Assembly: GCA_020073645.1 (NCBI GenBank)
Contig: JAIQET010000020.1
Coordinates: 457-64,456, forward strand
DNA: 64,000 bases
Direction: 5' to 3'
Source: Terriglobia bacterium
Lineage (GTDB): Bacteria; Acidobacteriota; Terriglobia; Terriglobales; Acidobacteriaceae
Part shown: positions 32,870 to 42,345 of the stretch, piece by piece
Position numbering within the stretch: position 1 is the first letter of the stretch
Layout: the number at the start of each line of letters is the position of its first letter
Notes under the pieces: generated by a model
Told to the model about the DNA's origin: nothing
The model's database searches: none
Seen by the model: the letters and a program-made list of their open reading frames with translations, nothing else
Position numbers and translations under genes: made by a program

Positions 32870-34771
32870 ATGAAGTCTGTGATCGTCGGTACCGCGGGCC
32901 ACATCGACCACGGCAAAACCGCGCTGGTCAAGGCATTGACCGGCATCGACGCCGACCGCCTGGAAGAAGAAAAGCGCCGCGGCATTACGATCGATATAGG
33001 CTTCGCGCATCTCGACCTAGCCGGTCCCGGCGGCGAGACTCTCCGGCTGGGCTTTGTGGACGTTCCCGGGCACGAGCGCTTCGTGCGCAACATGCTGGCG
33101 GGGGTGGGCGGCATTGACCTGGTCCTGCTGGTGATCGCGGCAGATGAATCCATCAAGCCGCAGACCCGCGAGCACTTTGATATCTGCCGCCTGCTGTCGG
33201 TGCGCCGCGGCATTACCGTGCTGACCAAGTCCGACCTGGTGGATGCGGAAACGCTCGAGGTGGTGCGGCTGGAGGTAGAAGAGTTCCTGTGCGGCTCCTT
33301 TCTCTCCGGAAAATCGCCAATTGTTCCGGTGAGCTCACTGACCGGCGCCGGCCTCGACCAGCTCAAACAAGCACTGGTCAAGGTGGCGGCCGAAGTCCTC
33401 GCCAAAGATTCCACCGCGCTGGCGCGCCTGCCGATTGACCGCGTGTTCACCATCAAGGGCTTCGGCACGGTGGTGACGGGCACGCTGGTTTCAGGCGCGA
33501 TTCGCAAGGAAGAGGAAGTGGAGGTCTTTCCCAAGGGGCAACGAGTGCGTGTCCGCGGAGTACAGGTACACGGGCAGCCGGCGGACCAGGCCGTGGCCGG
33601 CCAGCGAACGGCGCTGAACCTGGCGGGGGTGACCAAAGAAGAGCTGGAACGCGGCATGATGCTGGCGCCTCCCGCAACGTTTCACACCACCTGGCGGGCG
33701 GATGTCTCGCTTTCGCTGCTGCCATCGGCCAAGCCTTTGAAGGACCGCTCGCGCGTGCACCTTCATGCGTACACCTCGGAAACGCTGGCCGAAGTCGTGC
33801 TCCTGGGACAAAAGCAAATTGCGCCCGGGCAAACCTCGCTGGCGCACTTGCGCCTTGCTGACCCCCTGTTATTGCTGCCGGGCGATCGCTTCATCATTCG
33901 CCAATTCTCTCCGGTGGTCACGATTGGTGGAGGCGTGGTGCTGGATGCCTCACCCCTGGTGCGCAAGACGAGCTCGCAGGAGAGAATCCTGTTTCTGGAG
34001 AAAATGGACAAGGGTGGGCCCGAGGAAGTGCTGGCCGCCCGCATTCAGCGCCGCGGCAAGCTGGGGCTCACCGTCGCGTCGGCGATTGCGGAAACGGGAT
34101 GGACGCGGGGGCGGGTTGCTTCCTCGGCGGGTACCTTGCTCGCCGCAGCGGAAATCGTGCGGGCCTCCGATCTGTTCCTCTCCACCGAGACGTTCCGCGC
34201 CGCCAGCGCGGAGGCGTTGGTGGCCGTGACTGCGTTTCACAACTACGACCCCCTGGTGCCGGGCATCGGCCGGGAGACCCTGCGGGAACGGCTCGATCTA
34301 GGCCCAGAGGTATTCTCCGCAATTCTCGACTCATTGGTTCGCGACAAGAAGTTGGAGATCGCCGGAGAACAGGTGCACGCAGCGGGCCGCGGCGTCGTGA
34401 TGAAAGACGAAGAGGCCGAATCCAAGCAGATCATCGAGAGCGCGTTTGCATCCGCGGGCCTGAAGGTGCCTTCACTCCGCGATGTGCTGGCCGGGCTCAA
34501 GGTGGACAAGACCCGCGCCCAGAAGATTGTCACCTTGCTACTGCGCGACAAGGTACTGATCAAGATTTCCGAAGAACTGGTTTTCCACCGCGATGCGCTG
34601 GACGATCTCCGCAAGCGTATGCAGGCGCAGAAGAACGCCTCGCCGAAAATTGATGTTGCCAAGTTCAAGGATCTGGCCGGAGTCAGCCGCAAGTACGCAA
34701 TTCCGCTGCTGGAGTATCTGGACCGTGAGCGAGTGACGCGAAGAGTCGGGGATGAACGAGTGATTCTTTAG
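32870..34771 (+). CDS. selB: selenocysteine-specific translation elongation factor SelB
   Basis: GTPase motifs [17 protein letters not shown] and TKSD. EF-Tu-like domains II/III are followed by about 270 aa of C-terminal winged-helix repeats ending in [26 protein letters not shown]. Confidence 0.9.
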   Translation: MKSVIVGTAGHIDHGKTALVKALTGIDADRLEEEKRRGITIDIGFAHLDLAGPGGETLRLGFVDVPGHERFVRNMLAGVGGIDLVLLVIAADESIKPQTREHFDICRLLSVRRGITVLTKSDLVDAETLEVVRLEVEEFLCGSFLSGKSPIVPVSSLTGAGLDQLKQALVKVAAEVLAKDSTALARLPIDRVFTIKGFGTVVTGTLVSGAIRKEEEVEVFPKGQRVRVRGVQVHGQPADQAVAGQRTALNLAGVTKEELERGMMLAPPATFHTTWRADVSLSLLPSAKPLKDRSRVHLHAYTSETLAEVVLLGQKQIAPGQTSLAHLRLADPLLLLPGDRFIIRQFSPVVTIGGGVVLDASPLVRKTSSQERILFLEKMDKGGPEEVLAARIQRRGKLGLTVASAIAETGWTRGRVASSAGTLLAAAEIVRASDLFLSTETFRAASAEALVAVTAFHNYDPLVPGIGRETLRERLDLGPEVFSAILDSLVRDKKLEIAGEQVHAAGRGVVMKDEEAESKQIIESAFASAGLKVPSLRDVLAGLKVDKTRAQKIVTLLLRDKVLIKISEELVFHRDALDDLRKRMQAQKNASPKIDVAKFKDLAGVSRKYAIPLLEYLDRERVTRRVGDERVIL

Positions 34772-34876
34772 TTGTCTTGTCACCCGTGCAGCGAATTCTG
34801 GCGACGCATTCACCTCTTCGCCGGGCCGTTATAATAAGCGCTCGATCTCCCTCGCCCACCGGCCGGAGCAATCAAC

Positions 34877-35356
34877 ATGCTTTCAATTCGTCCTGCGACT
34901 GTCCAGGATGTGCCTCTGCTCAGCACACTCATCCGCGAGCTGGCAGAGTACGAGAAAGAGCTCGATGCGGTGGAGATCACGGAGTCGGAACTAGCGCGGG
35001 ACGGCTTTGGTCCCGACCCGAAGTTTCGCGCGCTGATCGCCGAGTGGGACGGGCAACCTGCCGGCTACGCCTTTTTCTTTGACTTTTACAGCACCTGGAC
35101 CGGCCGGCATCTGTTTCTCGAAGACCTGTTCGTGCGGCTGCAGTTTCGCGGTAAGGGAATCGGCAAGAGCCTGATGGCGCAGGTTGCAGCCATTGCTCAG
35201 CAGGAGAACTGCAGGGCCATGCGCTGGGAAGTGCTGGGTTGGAACCGATCCGCGATTGAAGTGTACCGCGCGCTGGGAGCGGAGTTTCTTGACGACTGGA
35301 ATCTGATGTTGCTGAGGGGCAAGCCATTGCGCGAGTTGGCGGAGAGTGCAAAGTGA
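34877..35356 (+). CDS. GNAT-family N-acetyltransferase (diamine/spermidine acetyltransferase-like)
   Basis: Acetyl-CoA motif RLQFRGKGIGKSLM; 159 aa. Confidence 0.85.
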   Translation: MLSIRPATVQDVPLLSTLIRELAEYEKELDAVEITESELARDGFGPDPKFRALIAEWDGQPAGYAFFFDFYSTWTGRHLFLEDLFVRLQFRGKGIGKSLMAQVAAIAQQENCRAMRWEVLGWNRSAIEVYRALGAEFLDDWNLMLLRGKPLRELAESAK

Positions 35357-36681
35357 GCTCACGGGTGCGCGTAATCGGCGCTGGTCTTGCCGGATCCGAG
35401 GCGGCGTGGCAGTGCGCTCGCCGGGGAGTGGCGGTCGAACTCTGCGAGATGCGGCCGATGCGCTCGACACCGGCCCACCAGACCGGCGACTTCGCGGAAC
35501 TGGTCTGCTCGAACTCGTTGAAGTCCGAGAGCGAGAACACCGCTCCCTGGCTGCTGAAAGAAGAGCTGCGGCGGGCAGGGTCGCTCCTGATCGAAATCGC
35601 GCGCCAGTGTGCTGTGCCGGCGGGGCATGCGCTGGCCGTTGATCGAGTGACGTTTGCGAAGAAGGTCACAGAAGCCATTTCGCGGGAACCGATGATCGCG
35701 GTGCGGCGGGAAGAGGTGATGCGCATCTCTGAGGACCAGATCACGATCGTCGCTACAGGGCCTCTGACCTCGGATGGGCTGTCGGAGGAGATTGGCCGGC
35801 TGAGCGGGTCGACACGCCTTTATTTCTACGATTCAATCAGCCCGATCGTGGAAGCAGAGTCGATCGACATGGCGAAGGTGTACCTGGCGGCGCGTTACGA
35901 CAAGGGCACGGCCGACTACATCAACTGCCCGATGTCGCAGGAAGAGTATGACCGCTTCTACGACGCGCTCATCTCGGCCCAGTCCGTGGAAGAACGCGAC
36001 TGGGAGAAACTGAATTACTTCGAGAGCTGTCTGCCGATCGAAGAGATTGCGCGGCGTGGGCGGGACACTCTTCGCTTTGGGCCCATGAAGCCGGTCGGCC
36101 TCAAAGACCCGCGCACCGGGCGTCCACCCTACGCCGTGGTGCAGTTGCGGCAGGAAAACCTGCGGGCGGATTCCTACAACCTGGTCGGCTTTCAGAACCA
36201 CCTGAAGTTCGGCGAGCAAGCACGGGTGTTGCAACTGATCCCCGGCCTGGAAAACGCGCGCTTCCTGCGCTACGGGCAAATCCATCGGAATACCTACATC
36301 AATGCTCCGACGCTTCTGCGCGAGACGCTGCAAATGAAAGAGCATCCCCGGGTATTGTTTGCTGGACAGATCTGTGGGGTGGAAGGCTACGTGGAGTCGA
36401 TTGCCACGGGGTTGATGGCGGGCGTGCACGCAACCGCGTTGTCGATGGGCGCCGAGCCCGTTGCGCCTCAGCGGGCGACGGCTCTCGGATCCCTGGTGCA
36501 CTACATTACTCACGCCGATGCCAATAGATTCCAGCCCGCGAACATCACCTTTGACCTGCTGCCCGCTCTGGAGCAAAAAATCCGCGATCGCCAGGTGCGA
36601 CACCGGCGCCAGTGCGAACTCGCCCTGCGGGAGTTTGAGAGCTGGCTGGAGAAAGTCGGGGTGGTCCAAGCGGTGCGGTAA
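35353..36681 (+). CDS. trmFO: methylenetetrahydrofolate--tRNA-(uracil54-C5)-methyltransferase TrmFO
   Basis: VRVIGAGLAGSEAAWQ FAD motif, ELVCSNSLKS, and typical length. The GTGA start overlaps the upstream stop. Confidence 0.93.
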   Translation: MSSRVRVIGAGLAGSEAAWQCARRGVAVELCEMRPMRSTPAHQTGDFAELVCSNSLKSESENTAPWLLKEELRRAGSLLIEIARQCAVPAGHALAVDRVTFAKKVTEAISREPMIAVRREEVMRISEDQITIVATGPLTSDGLSEEIGRLSGSTRLYFYDSISPIVEAESIDMAKVYLAARYDKGTADYINCPMSQEEYDRFYDALISAQSVEERDWEKLNYFESCLPIEEIARRGRDTLRFGPMKPVGLKDPRTGRPPYAVVQLRQENLRADSYNLVGFQNHLKFGEQARVLQLIPGLENARFLRYGQIHRNTYINAPTLLRETLQMKEHPRVLFAGQICGVEGYVESIATGLMAGVHATALSMGAEPVAPQRATALGSLVHYITHADANRFQPANITFDLLPALEQKIRDRQVRHRRQCELALREFESWLEKVGVVQAVR

Positions 36682-36920
36682 CTTTACCCCAGCGGCTAAG
36701 CCGCGCTGATTCCGGATAGTGATCGCAGCGCTGAAGCGCTGCGCCACCCAAAACCAGACTCCTATTAGCAGCCCCCTAATCCCCATTTGGCAGGTTCTCA
36801 ATCCTCCAATTCCTGCAACAAAAGCGATCAGGCTTGCGTATCACCAGGAGGGGCTCTTTGCCCCTACGGTCGGCTCACATTCGGTGAGTGTCTGCGTCCA
36901 TACAGCACGGGAAGTCCGGC

Positions 36921-38180
36921 ATGGTCCTGCGCGATCTTATTGGCGACGTATTCCGCACCCTGTGGTCACACAAGCTGCGCACCTTCCTGACGATGTTCGG
37001 TATTGCCTGGGGCATCGTCTCCATTGTGCTGATGGTGGCGGCGGGCGAGGGCTTGCGGAAAGGGCAGGAAGACCAGGCGAAGAACCTGGGCAAGGACATC
37101 ATGATCGTCTTCCACGGGCGCACCAGCCTGCAGGTGGGAGGCGCGCGCGCCGGGCGCGTGGTGCACTGGGAAGATTCCGACGTTGCGGTCGTCCAGACGG
37201 AGTCGCCGGACTGCCAGTACGCCATCCCGGAATTGGAGCAGGACAATGTCCGCTCGCACACGGCTCACAACGCGGCGGCGTTGACCGTGACTGGGTCGTT
37301 CCCAGAATTTGGGGACATTCGCAGCCTGGGTGTGGGCTCAGGACGTTACTACAACTGGGACGATCAAAACGACTCCCGGCGCGTGGCTTTCCTGGGCAGC
37401 GACGCCGCCAAACAGCTTTTCCCCCATGGGGATGCCGTCAATCAAACCGTGTATCTCAATGACATCCCCTACACCGTCATCGGAGTCATGCTGAAGAAGA
37501 AACAGGATTCGAGCTATGACGGCTGGGACGTAAACAAGATTTTCATTCCTTTTGCCGCCATGCGGCGGGATTTTCCGGACAAACCGCCGGGAACACCGAC
37601 TACCTTCGACCAGATGCTGGTCACTCCCAAGTCGGTGGAGCAGCACGAGGCGTGCAAACGCGAAGTCCGCGCAGCGCTGGGACGGATGCACAACTTCGAC
37701 CCCAACGACAAGGAAGCCTGTCCCATCTGGGACACGGTGCAGGAGGCGAAAGCCTTCCGCCAGATGACCGATGGCATGAAGTACTTCCTGGGTGCTGTCG
37801 GTCTTGTGACCCTATTTCTCGGCGGGCTGGGAGTGATGAACGTGATGATGGTGGCAGTGCGGGAGCGGACCCGCGAGATCGGTGTGCGCAAGGCGCTGGG
37901 TGCGCCGGCACGCACCATCCTGCAGCAGTTTTTTTATGAGGCCCTGCTGATCGCGTTTGTCAGCGGCGGCGTGGGCCTGGGGGTGGCCTACGGAATCTGC
38001 GGCCTGGTGAACCTGCTGCCCATGCCCGATTTCTTCGCGGGATTGCTGGCCACGTGGAAGTCCGGCTTGCTGGCCTGCGGGCTGCTGGGGACCATTGCGG
38101 TGCTTTCGGCCTTGTATCCGGCGCGCAGAGCCGCGTCGGTGGATCCGATCGAGGCGCTACGGTTTGAGGCGGGGGGATGA
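36921..38180 (+). CDS. MacB-type ABC transporter permease (MacB periplasmic domain + FtsX), no adjacent ATPase
   Basis: N-terminal TM helix (LRTFLTMFGIAWGI), a large periplasmic domain and a C-terminal FtsX 3-TM module (REIGVRKALGA). Confidence 0.85.
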   Translation: MVLRDLIGDVFRTLWSHKLRTFLTMFGIAWGIVSIVLMVAAGEGLRKGQEDQAKNLGKDIMIVFHGRTSLQVGGARAGRVVHWEDSDVAVVQTESPDCQYAIPELEQDNVRSHTAHNAAALTVTGSFPEFGDIRSLGVGSGRYYNWDDQNDSRRVAFLGSDAAKQLFPHGDAVNQTVYLNDIPYTVIGVMLKKKQDSSYDGWDVNKIFIPFAAMRRDFPDKPPGTPTTFDQMLVTPKSVEQHEACKREVRAALGRMHNFDPNDKEACPIWDTVQEAKAFRQMTDGMKYFLGAVGLVTLFLGGLGVMNVMMVAVRERTREIGVRKALGAPARTILQQFFYEALLIAFVSGGVGLGVAYGICGLVNLLPMPDFFAGLLATWKSGLLACGLLGTIAVLSALYPARRAASVDPIEALRFEAGG

Positions 38181-38185
38181 AAAGC

Positions 38186-38274
38186 AGGCTCCAGGCTCTG
38201 GGCTTCAGGCCATACTGCCTGGAGAAAGCGGTAGTCGCCACCTTGAAAAGCCTAGAACCTAGAGCCTAAAGCCT
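38186..38274. repeat. imperfect inverted repeat made of heptamer words (AGGCTCN x4 ... CCTARAR x4) between the two permease genes
   Basis: The left arm 38186-38211 and the right arm 38248-38274 are about 19/26 complementary. The right arm ends at the ATG of the second permease. Confidence 0.6.
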
Positions 38275-39531
38275 ATGTTGACCGAGATCATTCGCGAAGC
38301 CTGGATTGCGCTGAAGCGCAACTACACCCGCAGCATGCTGACCATGCTAGGTATCGTGTGGGGCATCGCGACCGTTACCCTGCTGATCGCCTATGGCAGC
38401 AGCTTTCGCCGCATCCTGGTCAACGGGTTTGACGCTTTCGGAAAGAGCGTCGTCATTTGCTGGCCGCAGCAGACCAGCGAACAGCCGGGTGGACAGCGTG
38501 CCGGCAAAAAAGTGCTGCTGGAGCGGGCCGATCTGGAAATGATCAAGCAGGACGCTCCCTTGGTGAAACACGCCTGTCTGGAGACTGTTCGCCGTCCCGG
38601 TGTCAGTTATGGTGACCGCATGGTGGGGACGGCCGCCGTACGCGGCGTCTGCCCCGAGTACGGCGAAATGCGCAACGAGGTGCCTTCGGAAGGCCGCTGG
38701 CTGAGCGCGGGCGACGAACTGGAGCGGCGCCGGGTGGCATTCCTGGGCGGACGCATTCGCGAACAACTGTTCAGCGGGCGCCCGGCAGTGGGGGAAACGA
38801 TCCAGATCGGCGGGGTGCGTTTCACGGTCGTCGGGGTGATGGCGCGCAAGATCCAACTGAGCAACTATTTCAGCTCGGATGACGAATCGGTGTGGATCCC
38901 TTATTCCGCGGCTGGCGATCTCTGGAATACCCGCTACGCTGCGGTGATGGTGTTTGAGCCCATCGCACCCCAGTTTGAGAAGAAAGCCATGGCGCAGGTG
39001 CTGGCGGCGATTGCCACGCGCCAGCAATTTTCGCCCACCGACAAGAAAGCCATCCAGATGTTCGGGCGCGACGAATTCCGCCCAGTGATTGACGCCCTCA
39101 CCATCGGGCTCCAGGTGCTGCTCACGTTCATCGGCACGCTGACGCTCGGCATCGGCGGCGTAGGCGTGATGAACATCATGCTGGTTTCAGTGGATGAGCG
39201 CATCCGGGAAATCGGCCTGCGCCGCGCCCTGGGTGCGAGAAAACGACACATCAAGCTGCAGTTCCTGGCTGAAACCTTGCTCATCATGCTGCTGGGCGGA
39301 GCCATCGGCGTCTTGCTGTCCTACGCCATCGCCGCTGCGGTGGGCACGCTGCCGCTGATGGGGCCGCTGTTCGAGGACGACTCGGGCAAGGGCGACATCC
39401 ACCTGAAGATCTCGCTGATGACCGTGATGCTTTCCACCCTCGTGCTGCTGGTAGTGGGAGTGATCAGCGGGCTGGTGCCGGCGCTGCGCGCCTCCAAGCT
39501 GGATCCAGTGGAAGCGCTAAGGTACGAGTAG
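38275..39531 (+). CDS. MacB-type ABC transporter permease (paralogue of the upstream gene)
   Basis: Same architecture as the upstream gene (MLTMLGIVWGI ... REIGLRRALGA ... ALRASKLDPVEALRYE). Confidence 0.85.
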   Translation: MLTEIIREAWIALKRNYTRSMLTMLGIVWGIATVTLLIAYGSSFRRILVNGFDAFGKSVVICWPQQTSEQPGGQRAGKKVLLERADLEMIKQDAPLVKHACLETVRRPGVSYGDRMVGTAAVRGVCPEYGEMRNEVPSEGRWLSAGDELERRRVAFLGGRIREQLFSGRPAVGETIQIGGVRFTVVGVMARKIQLSNYFSSDDESVWIPYSAAGDLWNTRYAAVMVFEPIAPQFEKKAMAQVLAAIATRQQFSPTDKKAIQMFGRDEFRPVIDALTIGLQVLLTFIGTLTLGIGGVGVMNIMLVSVDERIREIGLRRALGARKRHIKLQFLAETLLIMLLGGAIGVLLSYAIAAAVGTLPLMGPLFEDDSGKGDIHLKISLMTVMLSTLVLLVVGVISGLVPALRASKLDPVEALRYE

Positions 39532-39567
39532 GGACATTGATGATGGTTGATTGGTGACTGGAAACAG

Positions 39568-40383
39568 TTAGCGGTCCACATCTTTCACAGACTTGGCGCC
39601 GTAGCCGCCTCCCCATGAGAAGCGACGGCCAATGATGCACTTGATGATCAGGTGGTCGGTCGAGCGGGTCGTTCCCACACCGACTCCGAAGTTGAACTCC
39701 CATTTTGGACTCAGATTCAGGTCGATGGTAGGGAAGAATTGCTGTTGCTGGTCCGCGGCCGCATCGAAGCGGGTCAGCGGTCCGAATGCGCCGTAGTATT
39801 CCAGCCCGCCGGTAATCCGCTTGGTGAAGTCATAACTGACTTTGGCGTTGGGGGAGAACTCCACTCCCTTACCTACGCTCTCGCCGTGCCACGAGCGGTC
39901 CAGCGCCGGATTGAACGACAAATACCAGCGGCCCAGCTTCTTGTCGATGATGGGGCGGATTTCCCAGGTCCAGGTGTCGGGTGAAAAGGCCCGACGCTGG
40001 TAGCCGATCTCCTGGGAAAGGCTGAGGCCCACCGGCCAGTGCCAGGACTCGGGAACGGCCACGCGTGGGCGGATATGATCCCCCACCCATTGCCAGCCGC
40101 CATCCGACTGGATGCTGGTGAAGACGTAAAAGCCGGTTTCAAACCAGTCCGTAAAGCCGTGGGTAATCTCAAGAGTTTCGTGCACTGCGTGGTTGCTGGG
40201 CTCCACGCCGTCCACCACCGTCTTGCTGCCCTCGGCAGTGAAGTTCGTATGGAACTCGAGCATGGTGTCGCCGGCCGGAACCAGGTCCGACCCGTAGACC
40301 TGGATCTCGTAGTTATCCTGCGCCTGCACCCAGCAGGACGTGGAAAGCACAACCAGCAACGCTGTCAAAACATAAGTCCGCAT
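39568..40383 (-). CDS. putative outer-membrane beta-barrel protein
   Basis: Signal peptide ending VQAQ and alternating aromatic/hydrophilic beta-strand pattern. The function is unknown. Confidence 0.6.
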   Translation of the reverse strand: MRTYVLTALLVVLSTSCWVQAQDNYEIQVYGSDLVPAGDTMLEFHTNFTAEGSKTVVDGVEPSNHAVHETLEITHGFTDWFETGFYVFTSIQSDGGWQWVGDHIRPRVAVPESWHWPVGLSLSQEIGYQRRAFSPDTWTWEIRPIIDKKLGRWYLSFNPALDRSWHGESVGKGVEFSPNAKVSYDFTKRITGGLEYYGAFGPLTRFDAAADQQQQFFPTIDLNLSPKWEFNFGVGVGTTRSTDHLIIKCIIGRRFSWGGGYGAKSVKDVDR

Positions 40384-40566
40384 TCTCTCGGTTTCCGTCC
40401 CGCGCAGGATGATTCAGCGACTTCCCATGATGCACGCGGACTGCATCCCGGTTCAACTCCCAACAGCGAGGATTCGAGTCGATGAGAAAAACCGGGACGG
40501 GAACATCCCGTCGAGCCAAGGTGTCCAATGCTTTCAGAACACGCGCGTGCCGAGAGGAGCAACCCG

Positions 40567-40992
40567 ATGGCATTCTCAACGGCAGGCGGTGGTCCGTCCA
40601 ATCCACAAATCAATGTGACCCCACTGATTGATGTGTTGCTGGTGCTGATCATCATCTTCATGATTGTGGTGACCCAGCAAAAAGAGAGAGGCCTGGACGC
40701 GCAAATCCCGGCGCAGCCGCAAAGGCAGAATCAGCCTCCTGCGCCGGAGAGGACCATTGTGATCCAGGTAGTTGGCGACGCGCAGGCCGAGCCGCCCGCG
40801 CTGAAGATCAATCAGGAAAGCGTGCGCTGGGAAGACCTGACGGGCCGCCTGCAAGGCATTTTCAAAACACGCGCCGAGAAGGTCGCGTTCGTCAGGGGCG
40901 ACGACGAGGTTGCTTTCCAGTACGTAGCTGATGTGATTGATATTGCCCGGAACGCGGGCGTGAACAAGGTGGGGCTGCTGAGCAAGCCGTAG
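40567..40992 (+). CDS. exbD: biopolymer transport protein ExbD/TolR
   Basis: INVTPLIDVLLVLIIIFM TM anchor followed by the ExbD periplasmic domain. No exbB, tolQ or tonB is adjacent. Confidence 0.85.
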   Translation: MAFSTAGGGPSNPQINVTPLIDVLLVLIIIFMIVVTQQKERGLDAQIPAQPQRQNQPPAPERTIVIQVVGDAQAEPPALKINQESVRWEDLTGRLQGIFKTRAEKVAFVRGDDEVAFQYVADVIDIARNAGVNKVGLLSKP

Positions 40993-41042
40993 GGATCCCG
41001 GCCTTCCCAGCCGAGTTCAGAGACCCGTGATAACGCGATCTG

Positions 41043-41071
41043 AAGTAAGAAAGGGCGGCCGAAGCCGCCCC
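41043..41071 (-). terminator. Rho-independent terminator after the TPR gene
   Basis: GGGCGGC-CGAA-GCCGCCC, with TTTCTTACTT following on the minus strand. Confidence 0.6.
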
Positions 41072-41094
41072 GATCCCTTACGGAAACAAGGTTC

Positions 41095-42246
41095 CTATTT
41101 CTTCTTGGTCTTCTGCTTTCCAAAGCTGGTTTCGATGGTACCCCCGATGTATTGCAGCATCCCCTTAGCACCCTCGGCGTACTGCCCGTTGGGCTGCAAC
41201 TCCAGGTACTTGTTAAGCGCTTCCTCGGTGCCCGGCGCTGCGATCACCTTTCCACTCTTGTCGGTCGTGGCTTTGGCTACCAGGTTCACGCCCTTCCAGT
41301 AATATGCATCCGCCTTGTTGGGATCGGTGGCGATGGCCTTGTCGAAGGCCTGAATGGCCTCGTCACTCTTATTGGCGTTTGTCAGGACGGCGCCCAGATT
41401 GAAGTAGTAGGTCCCGGCACCGGCAGGATCCAACTGGGCCGCCTGAGTGTAGGACTTAATGGCATCCTCAGCTCTACCGGCCTTGGCTTGAGCGTCCGCG
41501 AGATTGTTGTAGTAGGCGGCAAGCTTCTTGTTGGCATCCGGGTCCTTTTCACCCTTGTCGAGGGCGTTCTGCTTCGCCTGCAGCGCCTTTTGGTATGCGT
41601 CGAGCGCCTCCTCAAAGCGCTTGGACTTTTCGGAAGGGTCGGTCTGCTTCGGGGCCGAGACACGGTACGCGTCTCCCAGGGTGGCCCAGAGCACGTCCCG
41701 GCTGGGGTCGAGTTGCGTGGCTTCGGTCATCAGCGCAATGGCCTCGTCATAGTTGGCGGTGGCGGGTTGCATGTCCGTCCGGGCTGCTGCCAGCTTTTCG
41801 TTCAGCGCCTTGATGGTGTTGGTTTCCTTCGCCGCTTTCTCGGCGGCTTCCTGGCGTTTCTTTAGCTCCTCGGGGCTGATCCCCTGGCCCTGGGCCTGCG
41901 CAGCCTGCTCTTTCTTCAGGTCAAAATCCAGGACGTTGGCATCCTCCTGCAGCGTCACCGGGACATTAGTAAAGTTGTACAACTGTTGCCCGTCCTTCAG
42001 CAGGGCAACTTTGTACTTGCCCGGCGCGATGCCCAGGGAGAAGTACTCGCCCTTACTGTTGGTTTTGATGTCGTACTTGCGTCCGGTCTCGGCGGCATAC
42101 CACTCCACGATCGCCCCCGCGATGGGATTGCCTTGCACATCCTTGCACACACCTTTTACCGAGGCCGTAGCCTGTGCGAACACTGGGGGGACACACAGCG
42201 CGGCCATCACCGCAACCAGCGCCAGCATCACAAGACGTTGCTTCAT
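41095..42246 (-). CDS. secreted protein with N-terminal carboxypeptidase-regulatory-like domain and TPR repeats
   Basis: Signal peptide MKQRLVMLALVAVMAALCVPPVFAQ, then VKGVCKDVQGNPIAGAIV and multiple TPR units. The start is 42246 or 42264. Confidence 0.8.
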   Translation of the reverse strand: MKQRLVMLALVAVMAALCVPPVFAQATASVKGVCKDVQGNPIAGAIVEWYAAETGRKYDIKTNSKGEYFSLGIAPGKYKVALLKDGQQLYNFTNVPVTLQEDANVLDFDLKKEQAAQAQGQGISPEELKKRQEAAEKAAKETNTIKALNEKLAAARTDMQPATANYDEAIALMTEATQLDPSRDVLWATLGDAYRVSAPKQTDPSEKSKRFEEALDAYQKALQAKQNALDKGEKDPDANKKLAAYYNNLADAQAKAGRAEDAIKSYTQAAQLDPAGAGTYYFNLGAVLTNANKSDEAIQAFDKAIATDPNKADAYYWKGVNLVAKATTDKSGKVIAAPGTEEALNKYLELQPNGQYAEGAKGMLQYIGGTIETSFGKQKTKKK

Positions 42247-42265
42247 CTTCGCCTCCCGGCTCAAA

Positions 42266-42345
42266 TCAATTCTTGATTGCTGATTCTTGATTGTTGATTG
42301 AAATCTGCGACCTGGAGCTTTTCAATCAACAATCAAAAATCAACA
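42266..42345. repeat. heptamer-word hairpin (TTGATTG family), 17-bp perfect stem
   Basis: TTGATTGTTGATTGAAA (42287-42303) pairs with TTTCAATCAACAATCAA (42320-42336). Both arms extend into tandem heptamers, and the right tract overlaps the queC stop codon. Confidence 0.85.

Noticed and set aside
36715-36760. Palindrome GCAGCGC-TGAA-GCGCTGC after trmFO as a terminator
   Set aside because: No U-run follows it. It may be another small repeat (its translation, IAALKRCATQNQ, is a common spurious peptide), but only one copy is visible here.
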